A stretch of DNA of 64,000 bases. Origin: a virus. The notes under the pieces are model-generated. The model made no database searches. It worked only from the letters and a program-made list of their open reading frames with translations, and had not been told where the DNA came from. The translations under genes and the position numbers were made by a program. The DNA lies in IMG/VR virus record IMGVR_UViG_3300045988_064633, positions 16,129 through 80,128 of that record; one strand, written 5' to 3'. Of this stretch, positions 51,709-61,621 are shown piece by piece; position 1 is the stretch's first letter, and every line of letters starts with the position of its first letter.

Positions 51709-54700
51709 TTAATTCTCCTTTTCTATATTGAACTTTTCATAGAGCTGATTAATTAGTTTCTCCTGTCGGTCAAGCTGTTCTTTCTGGCTTTTTATCATTG
51801 CAAACATAGCAGGTATCATGATACGTTCGTTCCAGTTCTCAGCTTTGCCGTCTATGTGGTCAACTGCCAGAGGAAAATACATATCCACATCTTCTGCTAT
51901 GAACATTGGAAATTCTGCGTCTGCGCGTTCATCTCCTTTTGCAAGGTAGCCTTCTTTATACCGTGCCATTATCGGTTCGATGTTGTACAGATTCTCAATA
52001 AATTCTTCTGGCAACGAAGCTCCGAGGATTTTGTAGCGTTTGGAGGAAGATGAACTCATGTATACTAGATTGTTGTAAATCCTTAAATAATTTCCAGATG
52101 AAAGTGTGTCTAAATTGAAAATCTGAAATTTATCCGTTCCATCGGAAAAAGGTTCTGTTCCGCAAATTATGTTAAAGCCCCCATCGGCAACAAGACCATT
52201 TCCATAAGCACTCAAGGTGACCCCATTAATGCTTATTTCTTCATTTTCTGCGTCCAGTATTATAATGCCGTTAGGAGACTTTAATTGTCCTGTCTCACTA
52301 TCTAGAACCCACCCGGCAATATTTCCAGTGTTAGCACTTAATTCACCAGTAAAAGTTCCTTTTGCTGAATTCAAACTGCCGGAAAACGTTCCTTTTGTAA
52401 AATTCACTCCTGTGTTGTCAATATATCCAACTTGATTACCGGCTGAATCTCTAATAACTAATTTTCCATTGCCATTATTTACACCGCCCAATGTCAATTC
52501 ACCGCCAAGCGCTGCACTGAAGCTGATATACAGTTGACCATTCTTGTAGTACAGGCCTTTCCATGCACCATCATTTGATAGTATTTCTACGATTTGCGAT
52601 TGTGTCAGATTGTCCACATCAATTACTACCGCAACACTCTGCATATCCATCAATGTTGTAGTTCCACCGGACGCATATAATTTACATCTAACATTTGTCA
52701 CATCTCTCGGAATACCGACAGTTGAACCATTAGAACTTGCTACTGTCTGACCAGATCCATTTGTCAAAATAGAATACAAATAGTGTGTCACGGTATCCTC
52801 ATCGGTTGAACTAGTATAAATGGTATTCCAAGTGTTTCCGTCAGCAGTCTCTTCAACAACGAATCTGCCTTTATAAGGCACTCTAGTAGCTGACTTTCCG
52901 TCACGATAATACGCTTTAAATGTTATAAAGTTTGGACTAATTGTCTTGTCAGAGCCACGTTTCAAGACGTTACATGATGGCTCAACCATGTATGTTCTAC
53001 CAGGTTCACCATCTTTTCCATCTTCTCCCTTTTTCTGCTTAGAAATCGTGAATCTTTTTGTTACTGACAGATTGCTGAGATATGTTGCTCTGATGTCTAT
53101 CCATCCATTGTCTGCCGATAGCCCAGTAACATTGTAGATATGTGTTGCATCACTCCAAGAGCCTGTGATACTGTCGGATTTTGTGATTGTATAACTACAA
53201 TCGTCTGTAATATCCGATGAGCCATACATTACAGTAGCTTTGGTAGATACCTGTGGAAATACTGCGATATTGCCATCTGCATCAGCCGTAATCGTCTGCA
53301 TTTCGTTTGATAGCTGCAAAGTCATGTTTTTGGCAAGAGCTGCTGTTTCAAGGGCTTTGTTTGCTGTGGTATCATCGGTATATTTATTCAGTTTCTTCCA
53401 ATCAGATGATGCATACACACTTCCTTTTGCTCTTGCTACAACACAAGTGAGGATATCTCCGCCGTCTTGAGACCATAAATCTCCGATATCATACGGCGGT
53501 GAAGGCTGTATAACAAACGTCCTTCTCTTGCCGTCTGCGGTATCTTGCGCTTTCTCAGCTTGTGCAAGTGCTTTGGAAATGTCGTTGTCTTGAATCATCT
53601 GCCATTTCCATGTTGCACCGTCCTGCATAAACCGATATGCGTAGCCAGTACTCTTCCAGTAAAAAAGATCGCCTTCATGTTTTTTACGTTCTTCTGTGCT
53701 TGTCCACTCAGAAGCCGGTTTGTTCTGCAAAGACGGTTCGTAATCATAAAAGAAGGACTCAATCTGTCCATCTATCTGTGCTTGTAAGCCGGAAAGCGAA
53801 TAGGTTACAGTATTTGCATAATCCGCAAGTTTACCATCCGAATATGCTTTGCTCTCTGCCAAGCTATCAGATATAGCTTTTGTAGCCGTCTTTCCACCAA
53901 TCTGTACATGATCTCCGCTGATGATTACTTTTTTAGTATCCATATCAACTTGGAAGATGATATTTCCACTCTTATCCTTTACGGTAATCGCACCTGTGTT
54001 AATCCAGTCAGCATTTAATCCTACGGCTGTGAGGATTCTTACAATCGTATCACCATCTACTGTCATACCACCATTCCATGTCTGTCCACCATCTGTAGAC
54101 ACTCCCCATGCCTCAGAAGTCATTTTCCAAATTGCCTGAGATTCTGCCAGAGTTGGTTTGTCGTGTAAATAAAAGATTTTGCTTCCATTTTCCTGTGGCT
54201 CAACAGTAGTATAAACTCCTGTGGCTGAATCAATTCTTTTTCCAAATTCTTCAAGAGCTTTTTCTCTCTCGGTTTTTTCCTGCTTAACCATATTTCTTGC
54301 AGTAACAAATGCCTGCGTCGCCTGGGAATATTGGGTGCTGCTATTTTTAGCAGCGCTTTTGGCATTACAAGCTATCTTCTGACCGGATCCCGGTTTCAAT
54401 GTAGTTGTGGTAAGTAGCGATGTGTATATTTTTCCATTTCTATCCACAATAATCAGTGAATCTCCGGCTTCCAGAGCCACATCTGTAGGGCACTCGGATT
54501 CAAATGGTCTAAATCTCATGCCAACGCATTTCTCGGCAATCATTGAAGCAATCGTATGGCCATCGCCAACACGAATTAATTTATTACCAGAAATTCCAAG
54601 TACATATCCCTCTGTACCAACCATGTAAGTTTGCGGATTATCAGAAGAGGATTCGCTGTATTCAGTTACTTTCACGCCTGTGATTACTACATCTGTATGA

Positions 54701-55641
54701 TGCGGAGTAAAACCATAGGTGGTTTCTATTTCAGAAATGTTACCTTTTTCGTCAGTTGCAAAAAGCCTCAATATGCCATCATTTTCCAGAAATGTTCCGT
54801 TATTTGCCGATAAAATACCATTTGCACTGGATAATTCAAGCGAGATATTGCTATCATCTTGCGTTTTGAGAACTCCAAGATCATTAATAATGAGTTCTTC
54901 TTCATTGATGCTGCTATACCAACCGATGCACAATCTGCCATATTCATCGCATCTCATCCACTGACAGCCAATCTGTGCAACCCACTGTAGAACCTGGCGA
55001 AATGTTAAAGCTTCGTCATTTGGACGATTCTGCACGATATAATCATCTCTGTCAAATGATGTTGTTTGCAAAGTAACCCCACATACCTCGCAGGCATCTC
55101 GTACAATCTGCCCTCTGGTTGCCGGATACTTCAATTTGCTGTCTGAATAGTTCCGGTCAAACTTCCGCATATTATCTTCGCACGTAAGGTCTATGGTCAC
55201 CGTTTCGTCTTCCGGCTGTTCAATAACTGTCACTGTACAAATACGTGTTTTTTCAATAACCGCATTTTTATGAACTATGATTGTATCACCGGTTGAATCC
55301 AGTATTTGTTCTCCAGCTGAATCTAACAGTTCACTTGTATCCTCATTTTCAATCTGTAATCCAACATAACATATGACTTCTGCTCCCTCAAAATCGTAAT
55401 CGGAGTACTCACCGTCAAAATTATTAATGCTAAGATTCAATACATTGATGATTGCAGAACCGATGTCAAAGCTACTATCATTAGATACGGAATCTTCGAA
55501 TTCCATTCCGTTTTGCCACAGATTGGCACTGGTCAGATTGAGTACAGTTCCGTCTGTAAGTGTGATATCTGCATACTTGAGGTACTGCACGTCCATTCCG
55601 TTCTTGACTTTTTCTTTCCATCTGTTAGATAATTTTCTCAT
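51709..55641 (-). CDS. Large tail-associated structural protein / tail fibre with C-terminal S74 intramolecular chaperone domain
   Basis: 1310 aa following the Dit-like gene; C-terminal SSSSKRYKILG...IAEDVDMYFPLAV...WNERIMIPAMFAMIKSQKEQ resembles Peptidase_S74. Confidence 0.85.
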   Translation of the reverse strand: MRKLSNRWKEKVKNGMDVQYLKYADITLTDGTVLNLTSANLWQNGMEFEDSVSNDSSFDIGSAIINVLNLSINNFDGEYSDYDFEGAEVICYVGLQIENEDTSELLDSAGEQILDSTGDTIIVHKNAVIEKTRICTVTVIEQPEDETVTIDLTCEDNMRKFDRNYSDSKLKYPATRGQIVRDACEVCGVTLQTTSFDRDDYIVQNRPNDEALTFRQVLQWVAQIGCQWMRCDEYGRLCIGWYSSINEEELIINDLGVLKTQDDSNISLELSSANGILSANNGTFLENDGILRLFATDEKGNISEIETTYGFTPHHTDVVITGVKVTEYSESSSDNPQTYMVGTEGYVLGISGNKLIRVGDGHTIASMIAEKCVGMRFRPFESECPTDVALEAGDSLIIVDRNGKIYTSLLTTTTLKPGSGQKIACNAKSAAKNSSTQYSQATQAFVTARNMVKQEKTEREKALEEFGKRIDSATGVYTTVEPQENGSKIFYLHDKPTLAESQAIWKMTSEAWGVSTDGGQTWNGGMTVDGDTIVRILTAVGLNADWINTGAITVKDKSGNIIFQVDMDTKKVIISGDHVQIGGKTATKAISDSLAESKAYSDGKLADYANTVTYSLSGLQAQIDGQIESFFYDYEPSLQNKPASEWTSTEERKKHEGDLFYWKSTGYAYRFMQDGATWKWQMIQDNDISKALAQAEKAQDTADGKRRTFVIQPSPPYDIGDLWSQDGGDILTCVVARAKGSVYASSDWKKLNKYTDDTTANKALETAALAKNMTLQLSNEMQTITADADGNIAVFPQVSTKATVMYGSSDITDDCSYTITKSDSITGSWSDATHIYNVTGLSADNGWIDIRATYLSNLSVTKRFTISKQKKGEDGKDGEPGRTYMVEPSCNVLKRGSDKTISPNFITFKAYYRDGKSATRVPYKGRFVVEETADGNTWNTIYTSSTDEDTVTHYLYSILTNGSGQTVASSNGSTVGIPRDVTNVRCKLYASGGTTTLMDMQSVAVVIDVDNLTQSQIVEILSNDGAWKGLYYKNGQLYISFSAALGGELTLGGVNNGNGKLVIRDSAGNQVGYIDNTGVNFTKGTFSGSLNSAKGTFTGELSANTGNIAGWVLDSETGQLKSPNGIIILDAENEEISINGVTLSAYGNGLVADGGFNIICGTEPFSDGTDKFQIFNLDTLSSGNYLRIYNNLVYMSSSSSKRYKILGASLPEEFIENLYNIEPIMARYKEGYLAKGDERADAEFPMFIAEDVDMYFPLAVDHIDGKAENWNERIMIPAMFAMIKSQKEQLDRQEKLINQLYEKFNIEKEN

Positions 55642-55644
55642 GCA

Positions 55645-56007
55645 TCACCTCTCAATCACATCAAAACTGATAGATTCTGTTCTCTGGTTTCCATGCCACC
55701 ACCATTTAACAGGCGCACTCCTGTCACCAACATAAAATGTTCTGGTTTCGTATTTTCCAGACATCATATCTGGATATGTAATTTGGATGTACTCGGGATT
55801 GAACGCTTGAAGAATCTTAGCTGTAGTAGCCCAATCTTTACCTTTCCACTGCAAAGCTAATTTCCTTTTTTGCGCTACCCTGTTTTTATGCATGACAGAG
55901 TCATCAGATCTTCCTGATTTTGCCGCTGATACGTCCTGTAATCCCCATGTGTAGGAAGACGGGCAAGGCATCGAGACACCGTTTACTTTTAAAAATATTT
56001 CTGCCAT
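55645..56007 (-). CDS. Small tail protein in the distal-tail-protein position
   Basis: Position between the tape-measure region and the large tail protein; GAGGTG RBS. Confidence 0.5.
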   Translation of the reverse strand: MAEIFLKVNGVSMPCPSSYTWGLQDVSAAKSGRSDDSVMHKNRVAQKRKLALQWKGKDWATTAKILQAFNPEYIQITYPDMMSGKYETRTFYVGDRSAPVKWWWHGNQRTESISFDVIER

Positions 56008-56020
56008 ATAACACCTCATA

Positions 56021-56052
56021 AAAGAAAAAGCACCTTCCCGAAAGAAGATGCT
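56021..56052 (-). terminator. Rho-independent terminator ending the inserted cassette
   Basis: Minus strand AGCATCTTC-TTTCGG-GAAGGTGCT then TTTTTCTTTT; a second hairpin (GCGTCTATC...GATAGGCGC + TATTTT) lies just upstream. Confidence 0.6.
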
Positions 56053-56149
56053 TAATTACACGAAAATAGCGCCTATCGCTCTGATAGACGCTTTATGATT
56101 CTTTATTCTATCACATATACAAGGTGAGATTCAGTAAGAAAAAGTTATA

Positions 56150-56470
56150 TTAATGTTTCTTTTGGATATCAGAAATGAATCTTTCGAATTGCTCTTTGCA
56201 AAATGATTCGTAATCCGTGTCTCCCATAAGAATTGCCCGATTTTTTAATTCTGCCATTGATTGCAAGAATACCGAAACATCTTTTTTCTTTACTTTGCAC
56301 ATGACAACAACATATTTCTTTTCTTTGCGGAAGTAATCTTCACAAAATTTGACTCTAATTTCATTTTGCGCAAAAATCCTATCGGCAAGGAATCCAGTTG
56401 TGTCTATGTAAACAAAATTATTATATCTGGAAAACCGGTTTGATTTTAGCTGTAAGTAGTTATTACTCAT
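56150..56470 (-). CDS. Hypothetical protein (cassette gene 3)
   Basis: 106-aa ORF. Confidence 0.45.
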   Translation of the reverse strand: MSNNYLQLKSNRFSRYNNFVYIDTTGFLADRIFAQNEIRVKFCEDYFRKEKKYVVVMCKVKKKDVSVFLQSMAELKNRAILMGDTDYESFCKEQFERFISDIQKKH

Positions 56471-56603
56471 AATATGTTCGCTTTCTAATCAATTACTGTA
56501 ATATTTTTGCCTAGAATCAATTTGAATCGTTTACGTGAAGAAGTTATCACCTACGGTATTTCAAATGTTTTTTGGATTGATTTAGTCCATGAATATCTGT
56601 CCT

Positions 56604-56870
56604 TCATATTTTTTCAAATCTGTACTTCTGTGAAATATCTGGATATTTTTCTTTATCAACCAAACTGTAAAACATTTTTTGTGGTCTGGCATATAGTTCT
56701 CTTTCTCCATACAAAGCACGGTAAATTATCAGCGATTCGTCTGTCTCTGTATGTTTTGCTTCGCCGACAATCTTATACAGGTAATCATTGCTCCGCAAAT
56801 CACTGACGGTTTCTCTCTTGAAATGTTTTACTATGTCCCCCGGTTCAAACAATGGTCTGTCTGTTGGCAT
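56604..56870 (-). CDS. DUF1653-like protein (cassette gene 2)
   Basis: VKHFKRE...YLYKIVGEAKHTETDESLIIYRALYGERELYARPQKMF fits DUF1653 as I recall it. Confidence 0.55.
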   Translation of the reverse strand: MPTDRPLFEPGDIVKHFKRETVSDLRSNDYLYKIVGEAKHTETDESLIIYRALYGERELYARPQKMFYSLVDKEKYPDISQKYRFEKI

Positions 56871-56874
56871 ATTT

Positions 56875-57942
56875 TCATTCCTCCCGTTTCTGTTTCACGC
56901 GGTTATACAAAATGTTCTGTGTCTTCTCCGTGAAGAACAGCCAGATATGATAATCGCAGTCCATATTGTTGTTCTTCCCAATGTTGGAACTGAAATATTC
57001 GTCCATCATGTCCAGATAATATTGCGGCTCCTCGTCCTCTTCGACTATTCCGTCTTTCACCATATCCAAGTCAGCATTTCGAATCATACTCAGAAACTGG
57101 TCAAGATCATTGGCATAAACCATCGGGTGTCGTTCTCCCCGATACTGTTTGAATTTTTCAAAGAACTGTTTGACCAATGCCATAGTTAGACAGATGTCAT
57201 GGTCTTTCAAAATATCTTCTTTGTCCCCGTACAGAGAATTAAATCCATTGTACAGGATTGTCGGTAGTTCTTCGTCTTTGTAATCGACAGAGCGATTATT
57301 TTTCGCATGTGCGTACCGTTCCTGCTTCTGCTCTTTCGTTCTAGGTGGTATATTATTAATATTTATATTTATATTATTATTAGGAGCAGAAGTCTTTACT
57401 CCTTTACCAGACGATGGTAAAGTCTTTTCCTCTGTACTTGATAAAGTACAGTCTTTATCTGTATTCTCTGTATAGTGTTCTCTGTAAGTAGTCTCTGGTA
57501 ATGCTTCTGTCGAATTGTCGGTGTGCATTTCGTCATTTTGTCTATTTGCACACGGACAATCTGACGTTGAAATTTCAACAGTATCTTTTAAGACTTTTTC
57601 AAGAACATCTTCGTCAATAGAATACCATTTAGTTCTGTCCCTACTATCCTTGTTATAATTGCCTGTAATAACAAGACCGGAATTTACCAAATTTTTAAAT
57701 GCTCTTTCAACAGTTTTTGTTGACCACCATGGAAAATTTTCTTTTCTCCAATTTTCCATGGTATTGTAGCTCCAATACTTTCCGTCGTGATAATTTCTTT
57801 TTAACTTTTCATTAATTTCAAGCCAATAATAAATTTGTCTTAAAACAACAGCTTCATTAAGTCCTATTCTTACTGCAAGTTCGGAATTTATAACAAGATT
57901 ACTTTGAGTAGATAAAATAAGATCTGATAATTTTTTATTCAT
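56875..57942 (-). CDS. Winged-helix protein resembling replication-initiator/DnaD-like N-terminal domains (cassette gene 1)
   Basis: LAVRIGLNEAVVLRQIYYWL...YWSYNTMENWRKENFPWWSTKTVERAFKNLVNSGLVI; Asn/Ile low-complexity linker; start after GGAGGT. Confidence 0.55.
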   Translation of the reverse strand: MNKKLSDLILSTQSNLVINSELAVRIGLNEAVVLRQIYYWLEINEKLKRNYHDGKYWSYNTMENWRKENFPWWSTKTVERAFKNLVNSGLVITGNYNKDSRDRTKWYSIDEDVLEKVLKDTVEISTSDCPCANRQNDEMHTDNSTEALPETTYREHYTENTDKDCTLSSTEEKTLPSSGKGVKTSAPNNNINININNIPPRTKEQKQERYAHAKNNRSVDYKDEELPTILYNGFNSLYGDKEDILKDHDICLTMALVKQFFEKFKQYRGERHPMVYANDLDQFLSMIRNADLDMVKDGIVEEDEEPQYYLDMMDEYFSSNIGKNNNMDCDYHIWLFFTEKTQNILYNRVKQKREE

Positions 57943-58167
57943 AGTAGATAACCTCCATGTCGTTAATGTGTGACTGCCTTGTAGCCACAGATCCATGATT
58001 TATAAAAACAACAGGCAGGTGCATCATGGAATTGCACTTGTCCCCCGTCGGGTTAGCCTGTTGGTTTTACCAAACAAAAAAAGAGCACACAAAAGAATCG
58101 TGAGGCTTTTCCCTCGTTTCATCTTTAGTGTGCTCTCTTCAACAAATGTAATAACTATTTCTCGTTT

Positions 58168-58196
58168 AGTATATCAAATTCTACCGCAAAAATCAA
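58168..58196 (-). promoter_or_regulatory. Candidate promoter TTGATT-17-TATACT for the cassette
   Basis: Minus strand TTGATT (58196-58191), 17 nt, TATACT (58173-58168); overlaps the tape-measure stop codon. Confidence 0.4.
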
Positions 58197-61100
58197 TATG
58201 CCGGGGACGGATTCATGCGGTAATCTGTGTTGTTCTGAGCCTTTGTGACAATTCGCGCCAGTTCACGCTCGTTCACTTTGATGCTGTTCATGATGTACTC
58301 TGGTGAAGAACCGCCAAAACCACCATTGTTCATCAAAGCAGTGACTACGCCACGCTCGACAGCTTCCATGATCTCATCTTTCGTAAGTCCCATGTTGCCG
58401 TCATAGCCGGACATGATGCTGTCGGCAATGGATTTCATGGCTTTTCGATTTTCCAAAGGAAGAACAGCTTCCTGTCCTGCTTCGCCTACACCAATGACAG
58501 ATGCATTTTTGAACAAACCACCTTTTGCATACCAGTTCGGACTATAGACAGGGGTTGAACTGGTACCGCCGTTCCCAAGGCTATGTGTTTTCCACTGAGA
58601 AATATAATACGAAAGCGTAGGCATTCTCACGGATTTCATTCCATTTCTTAATGATTGAGCCGCATTATGGCCAATGCTGTACATATCACTGAATGCGCTG
58701 CGAATAGTTCTCATAAAGCTATTTAAAGAGCTATCCATACTCTTTGACATACTTCCAGAAACATAAGAAGAGATATCTCTTCCGATATTCTCCCATTTCT
58801 TATAAGCAATGTTGTACTGACTTTGGAAATGGCTTGTTACAGATTTGTCCATATTTCCAAGTTCTGTACTTACGGCATTTTTCATCTCCCTTGCCTTTAA
58901 TGTCGCTTCTCTGGAAGAATTTCCCCATGAGCTAGTAGTTGTAGTTTCCATGCCTTTCATGTAAGTATCAGCCTGTTTCTGGATTTCCGAGAAATCATCT
59001 GTGGCATTTTTTGCCATTTGATTTGTGGCTGTTTGAGTGTCTCTTGATGCCTGTCCAACTGATGTTGATATAGTCTGCTGTGCTCCAACAATATTCTTGT
59101 CTACTGCTGATTTTGTGGCTAACGTAGCGTTCGGGAAGTCTTTTGCAAGTTTGTTGTTCAGTTCATCGAGTGGAACTCCTGCATTCTTCAATGAAGTGTA
59201 GACTGTATCTAATGCATCTTTGGTATTTGTGATAGTTCCACCATTATTAGCATTATCAAGTTCGTCCATGGCTGTTTTGTATGAACCACCAAAATCGTCA
59301 GATTTCAGACTCAATAAGTATAGCTCGTCTTTCAAATCCGAAATACTGATTTTTGATGTATCGAATTTACCAGCTGCTTCTGACACGCCATCTCCAAGTG
59401 CGGAGATTTGATTAGTCATACCCTCAACAAATTCAGCCGATACACCGGCCTGTGCGCCATACTGCTCAAGAGCTGTTCTAGCCTGATCGGATGAAACGCC
59501 ATACTCTTTCAATTTTTCAACCATATCAGAGTACATTTCATCGTGAGTTTTTCCAAGTTCTTCATCCTTCTCAATAAGCTGCCACAACGCTTCCGATTGA
59601 TCGTTTGTAAGATTTGCTACATCAGTCAGCTGTGTTGCGTAATCATGGAGATAACCACCATACTGTGTAGTCATTCCATTACCACCTTGCATGGTCTCAA
59701 AAAGTCCTGCTAATTTCTTGGTAAGTAATACTGCACCATCTACTGCAAGAGCAATTCCACCACCAGTTGCAACAAGTGAGCCTAACGATGTCCCAAGAGC
59801 CGGAATAGTTGTTGAGACTGCTTCTGTGATTGCGGGACTCAGCATACCTCGTACAGCTTTAGAAAGATTTCCAAATACAGTATCACCTGTAAAAAACTTA
59901 GTAATTGTATCAACTAATGGCATGAGCTTATTACCAATAGCAAAAACAGCCATTGCCTGAACAAATGTGCCGGCAGATGTTGTTCCAAGTCCTTCCCAGA
60001 TTCCACCAAGAACGTCTCCGATAACCGTAAGTAACTGTGCAAGATGTTTTCCCCAGTCAATTTCACTGAGGAATACGCCTACATTGTGTCCAAACGCTTC
60101 CCAATCGACACCCCTTGCAATCTCAATAAGAGATGTGAGCAATTTGTTGATAAATTCTTCTAACTTTTGACCGTTTTTTCGCCAGTTGAATTCTTGCATG
60201 AATGTGGTGATTCCATTTGTAATGTTATCAACAAGATTTTCCCAATTAAAGCTTGCTGTAAATGAAGCCAATGTATCAAAAGCACCATTCAATCCAGTTG
60301 CAAGTGTATAAGCAATTTCACCGAAATTAATCTTTTCAAAGATTCCGTTCAAGCCTTCTGCGACAGCTGTTCCAATTTCTCCGTACTGGAGATTTTCTAC
60401 GAAGCCTGAGAAAATATCCCATCCACGCATAAAGGAATTTCCAAGCAGATTGCCGAAGTTTTCCCAATTCACTTCACGAACAAGGCCAGTGATACCATTG
60501 GCAAATTTAGAACCAAGGTTCTTCCAGTCGATTCCTTCCAGAAGTTGGTTTGCAGTATTTACAATAGTATTCATACCAGCTCCAACGGTACGTCCCATCA
60601 AATCCCAGTTGATATTATCAACAAGGCTGTTGAAAGTCTGGGTGAACGCACTGGTGAATTTAGTGATGTACGGGCCTACGTTATTCCAGTTAATGAAATC
60701 ATAAAGCTTTTGCATTCCCCAGTTGATGCCATCAGCCATGATTTTTCCAAGGCCTTTCCAGTCTTTTCTCTTAAAGGCATTTACAATGGCATCTGCCATT
60801 TCATTTGCCCTGTTGGACATTTTCTTGAATGCTTCGTCCCATGCTTTTTGATATGCAGATAAAGCATCGTTCAAAGCTGCATCAAGTGCTTTGATATGCC
60901 CCAAACCGCCTTTTCCAGAGCCAGAAGATGGATTACTTGTACTACCAGAATCAGAATTGTCATTAAGCTGATTCAGTTCATCAAATGAAAGAACTGACAA
61001 TGTTTTTTTGAGCTTTTTGGCATTCTTATTTGCAGTATCAATAGAATCACTAGCATTATCCATATCATCCGCAATGTTACTTGTATCTACAGAAATACCG

Positions 61101-61298
61101 CCAGTAGATGATACAAAGTTAGACAGTTTGATTCCAAGAAGTTTTGCAATATAAGCGAACATTCTTTGTATTGCGATTACTATTGCATTGATATATGGAA
61201 GTACTGTTTGCAGTATAGGAATGAATAAGGAACCTATTGTTCTACCAAGGGATGCAAAGTTAGATTGAAGCATACGAATCTGATTTGCCGGTTGATTT
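58193..61298 (-). CDS. Tail tape-measure protein, 3-prime exon/segment
   Basis: Begins in the conserved NQPANQIRMLQSNFASLGRTIGSLFIP core (TP901-type TMP); Gly/Ala-rich helical repeats follow. Confidence 0.85.
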
Positions 61299-61621
61299 CG
61301 ATTTGTTATCGTAAGGCTTTTTATCCTCACTTCTGCATTATTACAATGCATGTCCAGCGTACCTTTTTACCACAGGCTCTGCACCTGTACCGTCCGATAG
61401 TGATGCCTCTTGGGAAGATTATATTCTGTAGTATCTCAACTACAGTTTCACTTCCTACGCGTTGCGGTTGACTATGCTTTTAATCATAGCCTTCACTCTC
61501 TGATTACCGTTGCAAACGGCTTTCCAGCTTATTTCATCACTAATAACTCATATCCTACTTGACGGTTTCGATATGAGCGACTTGCCAGTAGCTACGCATT
61601 TATCACGCTACTGACCTATTT
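61299..61621 (-). ncRNA. Candidate ORF-less self-splicing (group I-like) intron interrupting the tape-measure gene
   Basis: 323 nt. Removing it joins ...WADLSET-AT|A-NQPANQIRML in frame, with U before the 5-prime junction and G as the last insert base. Dense hairpins and long-range complementarities. Confidence 0.5.

Noticed and set aside
811-57189. Many 60-170-aa plus-strand ORFs lying inside long minus-strand genes. Examples: 811..1269, 6788..7300, 12770..13291, 17185..17667, 22931..23359, 24754..25131, 33943..34329, 47899..48357, 50212..50940, 56788..57189.
   Set aside because: They are antisense shadows of well-supported genes. They lack RBSs, have odd Phe/Ser/Leu/Cys-rich composition and would break the tight operon structure.
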